Source of the DNA: Macrostomum lignano
Lineage: Eukaryota
Assembly (NCBI GenBank): GCA_002269645.1
Contig: NIVC01000345.1
Coordinates: 77,485-141,484, forward strand
DNA length: 64,000 nucleotides
Reading direction: 5' to 3'
How positions within the stretch are numbered: position 1 is the stretch's first letter; the number at the start of each line of letters is the position of its first letter. The position numbers and the translations under genes were made by a program. The notes beneath the pieces were generated by a model. That model was not told where the DNA came from. It saw only the letters and a list, made by a program, of their open reading frames with translations, and did no database searches. Shown here in pieces: positions 47,530 to 59,700 of this stretch.

Positions 47530-48110
47530 ATCTCTGCCTACTCTCCTCTCTCCTCTGCCTACTCTCCTCTCTCCTCTGCTTACTCTCTTCTGTCCCCTCC
47601 CTACTCTCCGCTGTCCCCTCCCTACTCTCCTCTGTCCTCTGCCTACTCTCCTCTCTCCTCTGCTTACTCTCCTCTGTCCCCTCCCTACTCTCCTCTGTCC
47701 TCTGCCTACTCTCCTCTGTCCTCTGCCTACTCTCCTCTCTCCTCTGCCTACTCTCCTCTGTCCCCTCCCTACTCTCCGCTGTCCCCTCCCTACTCTCCTC
47801 TGTCCTCTGCCTACTCTCCTCTCTCCTCTGCTTACTCTCCTCTGTCCCCTCCCTACTCTCCTCTGTCCTCTGCCTACTCTCATCTGTCCTCTGCCTACTC
47901 TCCTCTCTCCTCTGCCTACTCTCCTCTGTCCCCTCCCCACTCCCCGCTGTCCCCTCCCTACTCTCCTCTGTCCCCTCCCTACTCTCCACTGTCCCCTCCC
48001 TACTCTCCTCTGTCCCCTCCCTACTCTCCGCTGTCCTCTGCCTACTCTCCTCTGTCCTCTGCCTACTCTCATCTGTCCTCTCCCTACTCTCCTCCGTCCT
48101 CTCCCTACTC
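47530..48110. repeat. 21-bp minisatellite (CTACTCTCCTCTGTCCTCTGC / ...CCCCTCC)n
   Basis: [14 protein letters not shown] periodicity. Confidence 0.93.
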
Positions 48111-49221
48111 TTCTCTCTCGTGTCCTAACTCTCCTCTCCTCTGCCCTATCTCCTCTCTCCTCTCTCCTCTGCCTACTCTCATCTCATCTCTCCTCCCTTC
48201 TCTCTTCCCTCTCCGCTCTCCCCTCTCCTTTCACCCCACACCTCTCTCCTCTCATCTCTCCTCCCTTCTCTCCCCTCTATCTTTTCGTCTCGTCTCTTAT
48301 TCCCTATCACATTTTCACCTGTTTACACCTGTTATTCAAAATGACCTGGAACATTGCCAAACAATATTTGACTAATATTTCAGTTATAAAAGCTCGTGTG
48401 CTATGATTTGGTACATTAACTTTAACCATATTTTTATTGGCAAGGCCGCACAATCATTTAAACAAGCGATGCAGTATACCTACAGAGTAATAAAACCTTT
48501 AACCTTAATAATATCGTTGGGCTTATATTTTGATATATTTTATTGCTATATTTAGCGGTTTTAAGGAACTTCGGGTTTCCAGGGGATTTCGTGTTTCCAG
48601 GGAAACTGCACGCGGGTCTAAGAATAGTCGGAACAACAAATAAATATAATCAAGTATTTTTGAATTAAACAATATTTGCTTTGTTAAGATGCGAGTTTTA
48701 AAAAGCCTGCATAAAAACATTCTAGATTTTTAAGAATCTTTGAGTAAAATTTCACTGAAGCCTTTAAAAGCTTATCTAGCTTAGCAATGCTTGAGCTCTT
48801 TATTCCCTGTGCTTCAACTTGTTTCAATATCAGCTCAACTATATCAAGTCTATTTAAAAGTATATTTTGCAAACCATTGAGCAATCGATCGGTGACAATG
48901 CCCTGCTCAGTACGTACGGAGTTTATTGATTGATTTGACCCCCAGAACAGGTGGCACCAAATGCATTTTTTTAAACGCGTGGGTGCTTTAAAGCTATTAT
49001 ACTAGTATTTTCATTTTTTGCTTTAGTTTCAGCATTGGATTGACATTTTATTAAAGTAGAACTACTAATAGTAGCTTTAATGGACATTACCTGCATATGC
49101 ATCCCGAATTTATAGTGCTTACTAATTCTATACTCAAAATTGTAAAGTATTAAGGCGCTTTTAAAGGCGTAGAGTCCTAGAAAATTGTTTACATCTAATC
49201 GGAAATACATCCGTACATCAA

Positions 49222-49605
49222 TCAACCAATCAAAGACACATTATCTCCAATCAAAGACACATTATCCTCAATCAAAGACACATTATCCCCAATCAAATAC
49301 ACATTATCCCCAATCAAATACACATTATCCCCAATCAAATACACATTATCCCCAATCAAATACACGTAATTCTCAATCAAAGACACATTATCCCCAATCG
49401 AGGACGCATTATCACCAATCAAAGACACATTATTCCCAATCAAAGACACATAATCCTCAATCAAAGACACATAATTCTCAATCAAAGACACATTATCCCC
49501 AATCGAGGACGCATTATCACCAATCAAAGACACATTATTCCCAATCAAAGACACATAATCCTCAATCAAAGACACATCCCCTAATTGAAGACACATTATC
49601 TCTCA
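49222..49605. repeat. 21-bp minisatellite (AATCAAAGACACATTATCCCC)n
   Basis: QSKTHYP periodicity. Confidence 0.92.
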
Positions 49606-50039
49606 TCCAAGACACACACACTATTCTGTCTGTTCCTCAGTCAAGATGTTGAGAAGCCCTCTTCAAAATGACTGCAGGCGCACAAGGCTGTTATCAGACA
49701 TCTTCCTCTCTATAATGTTGAAACGTGTAAATTAATTATTAAAGTGGACAAAGTGAAGTATAGGAGCGAAAAAGAGATGGGATTCTGTTTGACTGTTAGA
49801 GATGTTGATAGGCTTCTTGAGGGGGCGAACGCTCTGGCTGGGATCACGTGATGGAAGCCATCATCAATTCTAAGAGCCTGAAGCTCTATGTGAGTGAGTT
49901 ATTCTGCTATTTCTTGAGTTATTTCTAAATCTGCATGTCCGATAATTATTGCCTCGAATCCCTTTAATCTCTTGCTGAGACTATCGCGTTTAGAAACTAC
50001 TTCTGCCTATCATGGCGGCTTCGGATATGCCCCAACTCT

Positions 50040-50260
50040 GTTGGTCTATCTCTCTCTATCTCTATCTCTCTCCCTTGGTCTATCTCTCTTGGTCTATCTC
50101 TCTTGGTCTATCTCTCTTGGTATATCTCTCTCCCTTGGCCTCTCTCTCTCTCTCTTGGTATATCTCTCTTGGTCTATCTCTCTTGGTCTATCTCTCTTGG
50201 TCTATCTCTCTTGGTCTATCTCTCTTGGTCTATCTCTCTTGGTCTATCTTTCTCTTGCTT
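50040..50260. repeat. 14-bp repeat (GGTCTATCTCTCTT)n
   Basis: Period 14 (50171, 50185). Confidence 0.9.
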
Positions 50261-50599
50261 GTCTCTATCTATGTATTATCTATTTCTCTTTGTCTGTCTC
50301 TCTCTTAGTCTATCTCAGCTGTGTCTATCTGGGTGTATCTCTTTTTCCAATAATTTTTACTTCATTTATTTTTCCATCTACCTACCAGTATGTCTCACTG
50401 TTGTTTACTAATTCCAATTTCACCTGTTAGAAAATATGTAGCAATCAGACTAATAGCCATGTTAGAAAAAGATTGCAAGTAGGGTAATGACTTTTGGGAT
50501 ATCTGCATGAGGATTACGGGATCTAGAATCTAACTTTATGCTTGTTATTCCATTAATGGGCAAATGGGTGTAGTCAGTAGGTTACTTCGTATGCAAGCT

Positions 50600-51090
50600 T
50601 TCTTCATTCATTCATTCAGTTCAAGTATGCGCGCCATGGATGATAAAGCAGTCCTAACCAAGTCTCTGCATTTAGTGATCCATGGTGCACCGGTTGGAGA
50701 TCTCGGTACAGCCAGAGATCGAGAGATAGCCAAGGCATAGAATTCTAGATAACTAACTGGAAGAGAAGGCTCACTTTTTCGTGGGTCGAAAGCGGACACA
50801 ACCGGGCCGAGTCATTTTAGCTTGTTTAAACGGTCTGCCTTTCCCTATCTCAGTCCCACTGACTAAGCGGGGTTTGAGGTGGGCAGGCTCTTCACAAGGC
50901 TTGGAAGTTTTTTGTCCTAGACAGGAGAAAAACCCTTCGGAGGGGAAGGAAGATCCCCGGTAAATCAGTGCTGTTTCTTTGTCTGCGATGCACACGGGGT
51001 AACAGGCCCCCCACTTGAAAGCTGAACGCATGCACATTGGGTGTACATTTGCTCGCATGCTTTTGAGGATGCCTTCTCCACTTCACCCTA
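50600..51090 (-). mobile_element. Probable retroelement 3' end with (TGAA)n tail
   Basis: Minus strand ends ...TGAACTGAATGAATGAATGAA. Segment 50736-50812 recurs inverted at 52592-52658. Confidence 0.5.
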
Positions 51091-51379
51091 AATGAAAAAT
51101 TTATAAAGATTCGATATGATGCATGCTATATCAGAGACTATAGTCAGAGAGAAAGAATTGTTTATAAATACGCAGCTTACAACTACAGGTCTGGATATGC
51201 AACTACAAATAAAAATCCAGCGATTCAATCTTCAGGAGCAGAAAGCAGAATATTTTCTTATGTGCTTCCTTTGCATGATTTTCAACTATTTGAAAAATGG
51301 TCGCGACGAATTCGAAGGGTAAACTACCAACCCACGACAGAATCTCAACTGTGCTCGTTGCACTTTATTGCCACCGATT

Positions 51380-52270
51380 TTCACACAACGTCACAAGATT
51401 CTTGGTAAGCGCAGGAGAAACAGCGACACTCTGAATAAGGAATGATGGTGTGCCGGTGTGCCCTCCATACAACAACAAAATGCGCTGTCAGCCATTCCAG
51501 CGAGTCATGGTCAAGAGAGACAAGGACAACGTCACACGTTTCAGGGCCTGGGCGCGAACCGCCGGCCGCACCGCCGGCAGAGTCCGGGGCGCCGGCATTA
51601 GCCGGCAAGAAGTCGACGAAATACAGACTGCGCGCCTGTCCCCGCCGGTAGGGTGCCTGCAGCGACAGCAGCAGCACTTCCTGCACCGGCTGTGGACTAT
51701 AGGACTCGGCTCGGATGATGTGGCCTGCCAGCTGGAGTCGTGGACGGCGCAAAAGTTTGCTGGGAAGGGACAGGCCAGTGCGGCGATAGAGCCCGCATTG
51801 GTGACGTGCTCGCAGCCGATCTTAAAGACGGCGCGCAGCAGGCCAGCGTGCGCCGCATTGACCTGCTGTTCGAGCGAATCCGTCAGTGTCCAGGTCTCGG
51901 TGTTGTACAACAGGACATCGCCTTGAACAACGCCGCCCTCTAGCGGCAGGCAGGGCCTCGGACTGCAGGACAGCCCTCACGAAACGGAAGGCAACCCAAG
52001 CAAGTCCACGGCGACGTGCTGGGTCCTCTGGAACATCAAGCACCATGGTCTGCAGACCGCCGAGGCAGACGAACTGCTGACAGTGCGGAAGCTTCGGCAC
52101 CTGCCTGTCAGCGTCTCGGTGTTCGAAGCACGACGGTCTTCTGCGTGTTGACCCCCAGGCCGACGCTCGCAGCAACGCTCACAAGCTGGTCCAGCTGGCG
52201 CTGGGCGCGTTCGACGGTCGGCAGGAAGAGACTCGACGAAATCGTCGAGTTTGACCGCGATGTATCAGGT
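51380..52270 (-). mobile_element. 5'-truncated, frameshifted RTE-type non-LTR retrotransposon (RT C-terminal half)
   Basis: Fragments read AQRQLDQLVSVAASVGLGVNTQKTV, QFVCLGG, RRRGLAWVAF, YNTETWTL and RLQLAGHIIR, the typical order of RTE-clade motifs. Confidence 0.82.
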
Positions 52271-53783
52271 GAAATCGATCGCCGGAAAGTACCGCGATGC
52301 AGTGGCGATGGTACCGCGATGTATCTTCTTCATAGATTAGATTAAGCAACTAATTTATGTTCATACTGTGATTTTTTACTGATCCCATCCCATGTGTTTA
52401 CTTTGCGGCTTTGCAAAAATATGAGTTTTGTTAAGATATGTCACAAATACCTTTAGAAACTCTTAATAAGCACTGACTTGTTAATTAAAAAAAATAAACT
52501 TAAAGAATTAATTATACTCTTAATAACAGCAGCCAATTATTAGTGAAAACATTAGTGTTGAATAAGGCAGCAAGAAAACATGCAGGCTCCCACTCGGCCC
52601 GGTTGTGTCCGCCCCCCAAAAAAGCCTTCGCTTCCAGTAAGTTATCTAGAATTCTATGGCCAAGGCCATGAAAATCGCTCTATCTCCCAAATCCCATTCA
52701 CCCAACCCCAACTCGCAAAGCAGAAGTCAGTTTCTCGTCTCTCCCTCTCTCCCCGGGGGTCCCTGGATGGGGAACGCGATCCCTGTGCACGCGACGAGGA
52801 GTTCTAGAATAAATATATCATTAAATTATGGATCTATGAATTATGGATCCACCATCCAGAAAGAATTGTTTAAATATAGGAGTCAAAATAAACGCTAGAT
52901 TCAATTGGGAATGGTGTATTTGTCACAGTAATTCGGTTAGCCAGTGGTATCCTTGTCGTATTCGGTCGTATTTTACAATAATTGATAGTTATTCATGCTA
53001 TTCCAGATCACTGATCCTAGTTGTCCTTGACCGGGTCAACGTACATTTTTTCGCCCTTCCTTCTCTTTTCCCTTCCACCCTGTCTCTCCCCTTCATGCCT
53101 GCAGTGTCCACGCAAAGGCTGTTCAACCCCAACCCTTCCCTAATCCTATTCCCCTTTCCCACAATGTACTTAGCCAAACCATTTCTTCCTTTCTCCCTCT
53201 CCAGGCAGTTCCCAAAAAGCAATGCTGCTGCTCAGAGTCATATAACTGAACCAAGCTGGCCCTGCTGCAGACTGTAGTGTTTGAGGGGGGCTTTAGTATG
53301 CCTGAGCGACAGGGTGGCAGAGAGGAGAGGGAGACACGGAGACAAAAACGGAACGGGGGGTTGATGAAGTGCAGGGGAGGGGGGTAGAAGTGGTCCCTGG
53401 GGTTGCCCACACTGTACAAGCTAGGCAGCTTGGCCAATTTCACCACGCTCTTCTCTTCCCTCTCTCTCGCTCTGTCGCTCTCCGCCGTTCGTTCCAGTAA
53501 ACCCTTTACCGCAAACCCCTTCGTTTCTCCTCTCCTCTCCTCTCCTCCTCGCTCTCTCGCTGTCTTTTCCCCCTCCGTCTGCAGTCGCCCACCATATTAA
53601 TCACCCACCTGCGAGCCCCAACCCCCAATCCCAATCTCTCCCCTCTAACAGACAGAAATTCATTCATTTCTCATTGCTCTCCACTCGCCCTTGTCATCTA
53701 AGCTCTTTCTATTCCGTTAAACAAGTTAATCTGTCGTGTCATCCAAAAAAGTCACAATTACAAGCAAAACCTTACCGACAATT

Positions 53784-56700
53784 ATGTCTCTACTCGTTGA
53801 TGAGAACAGTTTCGGAGAGACGTCCACCGATCCGGACGAACCACAGACGCGAAACACCTTCAACGCAGCTTCGTGCACCGTCAAGTACGCCACTGTCTAC
53901 TTGGACAGGGCCGAGGTCTGTCGGATCCTCCGACCGAAGGTGCACGCTGGTGAAAATGAAATCCTTGTTCGAGGACTGACGCCCGCTATTGATAAGGATT
54001 CCATCAGGTGAGGAAGCACTTTAAAAGCATTTGTACCGATTGGCTTTGGTCTTTTTGGCACCTGCTTCATAAATTCATCATATCCATCAACGTTTCAAAT
54101 GGTCCATCAATATTTCAAATGGTTCATCAATATTTAAAATGATCCATCAACGTTTCAAATGGTCCATCAATGTTTCAAATGGTCCATCAACGTTTCAAAT
54201 AGTTCCATCAATATTTCAAATGGTTCATCAATATTTAAAATGGTCCATCAACGTTTCAAATAGTTCCATCAATATTTCAAATGGTTCATCAATATTTAAA
54301 ATGGTCCATCAACGTTTCAAATAGTTCCATCAATATTTCAAATGGTTCATCAATATTTAAAATGGTCCATCAACGTTTCAAATGGTCCATCAATATTTCA
54401 AATGGTCCATCAATGCTTCAAATGGTCCATGAATGTTTCAAATGGTCCATCAATGCTTCAAATGGTCCATCAATGCTTCAAATGGTCCATCAATGCTTCA
54501 AATGGTCCATCAATGTTTCAAATGGTCCATAAATGTTTCAAATGGTCCATCAATGTTTCGAATGGTCCATCAATGTTTGAAAAAATCCATCAACATTTAA
54601 TGGTCTACTGTGCCTAAATCAATGCCTCCAAAACCTCCCATTCTTAGCCGTTCAGTGAAATATTTCAAAACATATCCTTCAGTCCCATATTAAAATCCTG
54701 CAGTGACACAAACCGTCTCAGTGGCACATAAGCTGTTTCCATTATGATCCTTAAGTGACACCACCTCTTGCTTTGATCCTTCGTAACAAGGTAAAAAAGC
54801 AACTGTCTGAGAATATGACTTTTCAGTGACGCACTCAAACAGTGACTCGTGCAAAAACAATCCACACCAACTTCCCCTCCCCAACCAGAGTGGAAGTCAA
54901 AGGCCCCGCCACCATCGCCGACGTCTCATTTGTTGCTAAGTACAATCGCGACGACGAAGAGAAGAAGGCGGCTCTCCGCGCCCAGACTCAGGCTTCGCTG
55001 GCTGCCGAGCAGCGCGCTTTAGAGAGCCTCGCCAATCGACAGGTTCGGCTGTTGAAACAGCGCGACGTACTAAACAGCTACGCCGACACGCTGATCAAGA
55101 AGCCCGAGCCAGCCAGTGGAAGCGGCGCCGCCGGCCCCTCGGCCTCCGGGGCCGCCGCTGATGCCACCGAGAGTCAGGTGAATGGTTGGGGTAACGTGAT
55201 CATCAGGACTAAATTTGTCACATGGTCTGGACAAACTTGTCTCATGGTTGGGACAAAAAGGTTTCATAGTCCATATACTAAAAGTGGCTCATCGTCGGGA
55301 CTAAAAGTGTGTCGTGGTTGGGACTAAAAGTGTCTCATGGTTGGGACTGAAACTGTCTCATAGTCAAGACTAAAAGTGGCTCATCGTCGGGACTAAAAGT
55401 GTCTCACGTTTGGGACTGAAAGCGTCTCATAGTCAAGACTAAAAGTGTCTCATCGTCGGGACTAAAAGTGTCTCACGGTTGGGACTGAAAGTGTCTCACG
55501 GTTGGGACTGAAAGTGTCTCATAGTCAAGACTAAAAGTGTCTCATCGTCGGGACTAAAAGTGTCTCACGGTTGGGACTGAAAGTGTCTCATAGTCAAGAC
55601 TAAAAGTGTCTCATCGTCGGGACTAAAATTGTCTCATCGTCGAGACTAAAGGTGCCTCATCGTTGGGATAGACAGTGTCTCTTAGACATCTCTATGTCCT
55701 AGTAGCGGTTTCTTATCATTCGGAAAAATTTTGCAAAGATGCTTATTGCTAAAAAAGCCATTCCTTGCAGGACAACGCCTCCAAGTCAACCGGTGGCAAC
55801 AACAACTTGCACGCCGCAATCGACGCCTTCGACCCGAAGCACATGGACACGCTGAACAGCTTCTTTGATCTGTACGAGAAGCAAGCCGGAAAGTTGGACG
55901 ACGATCTGCAGGAGACCAAAGTGAAAATTCAAGCTAAAGAGGAGGCCATTAAAGTGCTCGAACGTCAGCTGCGCGACATTGAAGCTCGTTATGCTGAACT
56001 GCAGAGCCGGTAAGTCACTTTGTATAAATGTTTCAAGTCTTTAAATGCGTATACTCAATAATTAAAAGTATCTGGCAACAATAGAAATCCTGTCTGTTTT
56101 TTCAAGTGCATTTCTTTCAAAGTTTTTTATCATTCAATGCATAAAATGAAACTTTAGCTATGAAACGTTCCTTTCCGGTGCCTTATTCGTGAATTCCCTT
56201 CACCGGTGTAGGGTTCCATCAGTGTGTATATACTTCAATTGAACTTTCACGACCAAATGTACTTAGATATTTGTAAATACTTATTAGGAAGCCACGTGTC
56301 CTGCACGGTAATAGCTTTGCGGTAAATAAATTCCATGCAGACACAATAGCAATTCAGGACACCAGACAGCCAGTTGTTAAACAAAAAACACGGGCCATTC
56401 CGAACCAAGAAGTACATCTCGCATTCCAGTTTTCTGGATTTTCAATATATGCAATTCACTCGCTATACTTGCGCGCTTGGAAGCCACAGCAACGTCCACA
56501 AGAACGCCGACGGTGCCATAAAAAAACTTGTATTTCCATACAGTCATGATAGTTTCCTGCGTGCAGCAGCATCGTGGGAACTCGCGCTCTCCCTCTCTCT
56601 CTCTCTCTGCCCCGTTTCATGAACAGCGTTCGGAACCTCCCCCGAGGGAGACGATGCTGACGAAAGGCTGTGCAAAAAAAGCCAGAGAGAATGAGACAGA

Positions 56701-59700
56701 AGAGAGAAATATGACTATTGGACGGTTGCCCGGCTTCCGTAGAATTACAGCAACGGCTGCAGCTCCGGCGCACAACGCGCCAGCAGATGCGAAAGCAGCC
56801 AAACACAGCGGGAAGCCAGCTCGGTTGGAAATTGTTCGGGGATTGATGCGGCATGCGGGAGGCTGGGAGAGAGAGAGAGAGAGAGACAGGAACTGGTGGA
56901 GATAGGCTACAGCTGGGGCGGCCAGGGTAACGCAGCCAAGCGTTATTGATTTTTTTGACGCGTGCACTTCGGTTCCGAGTGGTTTTCCGGTGCCAGTTCA
57001 GTGCGTATCCTGCACAATGCAATATTATTATAGCAACGTAGTGCGGTCAGCATACATGTAGTGCTACGAGCTACTAGAACTATACTTCTGCGGTAGATCA
57101 TTTTGTGTGACTCTGCTTCCGTTTTATATGCAAGAATCTCATTATGTAGATTTGCATACCACGCTTAGGGATATGATACATTGCCCGCATAAAATAATCC
57201 TGAATTTATTATCTTCATCCTCAGGGAGGTATCTGTGGTTCTGGAAAGCCAGGAGGCCACCCAGCTTGAGTTGCACTTCTCCTACGTGGTGTCGAGGGCT
57301 CGATGGAGTCCGAAGTACGACATCCGCGTGTTCAGCAACGAGTCCGCTATGAAGGTAAGGCATAGAGACTGACGCTTTGTCAGACAAGTCTATATTCTAT
57401 ATTAGCAGGAATGTTCTAGGCATTCTAGAGCAATGCGTTCGACATCAGCTGACTCGTGAACACATGCAAGCGCGTCAATACTGTACGATGGCACACACTC
57501 ATACACGCTCACACAGGGTGTACAGCGATCCTGTCTTTCCCATCGTCGCCCCAGGTACTTCCGCATACTCTGCCCTTTAATCCCTTGCAGATAATCTACT
57601 ACGGCATGGTGCAGCAGAACACCGGAGAAGACTGGGAGAACGCGCAGATCTCGCTGAGCACCAGCATGCCTGGTGTGGGCGGTACCGTACCGCCGCTCAC
57701 GGTTCAAAAGGCTCACTTCAAGTCTAACAAGCCGTAAGATTAAAATAAATCTAAGTAATCCTGCTTATAAATCTGAATTATGATTTAAGGGACAGTCTTG
57801 AACAGCAGCGTAGTTTTACATGGTTCCTTATTGAGGTTATTAACATGAGCTCAACAGTACAACCATTTCAGCAGAACACTTCCTAATGATAGTTGAGGGC
57901 TCTTCAGTGTTAGAATACCTTTATTTTGTGTTCCTGTCTATTTTTATAGTGCTACCAATATCCTTGTCTCATCTAAATTTGCGTTAAACTTATTTGTGTA
58001 CACACGTATTCTGTTATCTAATTGTGCGAAGAGCATTTGGCTCCTGATTCGAAACTGGCCTTGAAGTCACAGTATTCGACAATTATCTTGTACAGGGGTC
58101 AAAACTGGGGTTGTCGAGAATTGAGCTATGTTTCAAGTAGTGCGTAGTCGTTATAATGTAGTTAATATATGTAAAATTTCAATCAGTGTATTGCTAGCTA
58201 ATGTTGTCGACAAGCAATGCTAATTGTAGTGGATGACGCACTGTCGCACCAACTATTTCTAGCAATTCTATATAATTTAGTTCCAGTTTAATCTGATCTG
58301 CGCCACGCGTACGTTAGTTATAGCCTTTGTTTTAACAAAATTAATGCGGTCGTATACGTACGCTCGTAGTAGTCAAGCCACTTGAGGAAAACCGAGTGAA
58401 TCCCCGGTCCTGCGGTTTTAGACGCTCCAATACACCCTACACTGACATGAAGTTGTCCGCTCTCTGACGCCCCCTAATGTCTACACAAGTCTCCGCCTCA
58501 ATATCCGCTCCAATTCACATGATCTTAACTTGACATCAAACTCTGTATAATCGATGGCAATGCCAAGTATATAGCTAGTATCTAAATTTAGGCAACCTTC
58601 ATCGCCATCCATAATGTTTCTAAACAGAAAGCGTACATTAGGCGAATACCATTTGAAATTGACAAAATTATTATTGGATGGCCTTGAAGCCTTCACAAAT
58701 ACCTATATAATAACCTAAATTTACCGAAATCGCTAATCGATATCACCTCAGAATGGCTTTGAATAAAAACAATAAATTATAAATTATAAATCAAGTCATG
58801 CGTTAAAGAAGCTAATTAGAAAGCTATGAAACTCGACCTAGTCGTCTGGCACCTCGCACTATTTTCCTCGGGCAAGCAAACATTATATTAATTCATTTCT
58901 GTCTTCTCGGGAATCCCGGATCATTAGACTGCTACCTGTGCAACATTTGTCACAATTTTGTGTCTGTCAAGTCAATGTTCCGAATGTTATTATTATCTAG
59001 CATGGCGTGTACGTACTTAAATGTCATAGCTACAGAATTAGGTTAATGAACCACGAAATGCCTTCTTCACCCAGCGTCAGCTTTGTGAGCAGCGTTGTCG
59101 GCGGTGGCGGTGGCGTCAGTGGCAGCTCGCCGGTTCGCCGGGCCCAGAGCATGCGCACTGGTGGCAGCTCTACCCTGCGCAAGTCCAAGCACATGCCGGT
59201 GGACGAGATTCTGGCAGTTGAAGCGGCCGACGACGCCTCGATGGCATCGGAGGTAGCGGGGATTTCCGGTGTTTTGGGATTATTTAAATAAAATTTTAGA
59301 TTGAAGTTGAATTGAAAGACGCGATATAGAAAATGTTGTTATTTATAAACTCGCAGGTAAGTGCAGCGTGATTTGAAATTTAACCTCTAACGCCTTACTT
59401 TACGTTTTCCTACTCTATAAATATTTTTGTCACCGCTTTCCGCTTTCAATGTTTACGACAAAAAAGCAAACGCACTCAACAATTAATAGTTTTGTTATTT
59501 TTTCTACTTTGTTTCCCAGTTTTTTTGTTTGAATGTTTGGTACGTAAAGATGCTTATTTTGTAAGAAATCGCTTTTGCTGGATCTGTGCAACATAGTCGA
59601 TTGAACTGCGCTGCTGTTCAGTGTTAACAATGGGAGCAGGAACAGTCAAGATTTTACAAGAATGAAAGCCAGCCAGGCACACTATTCTGCAATTTCACCT

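Noticed and set aside
56350-57020. CT-rich/GA-rich symmetric segment as a MITE
   Set aside because: The putative TIRs are too degenerate and I found no TSD.
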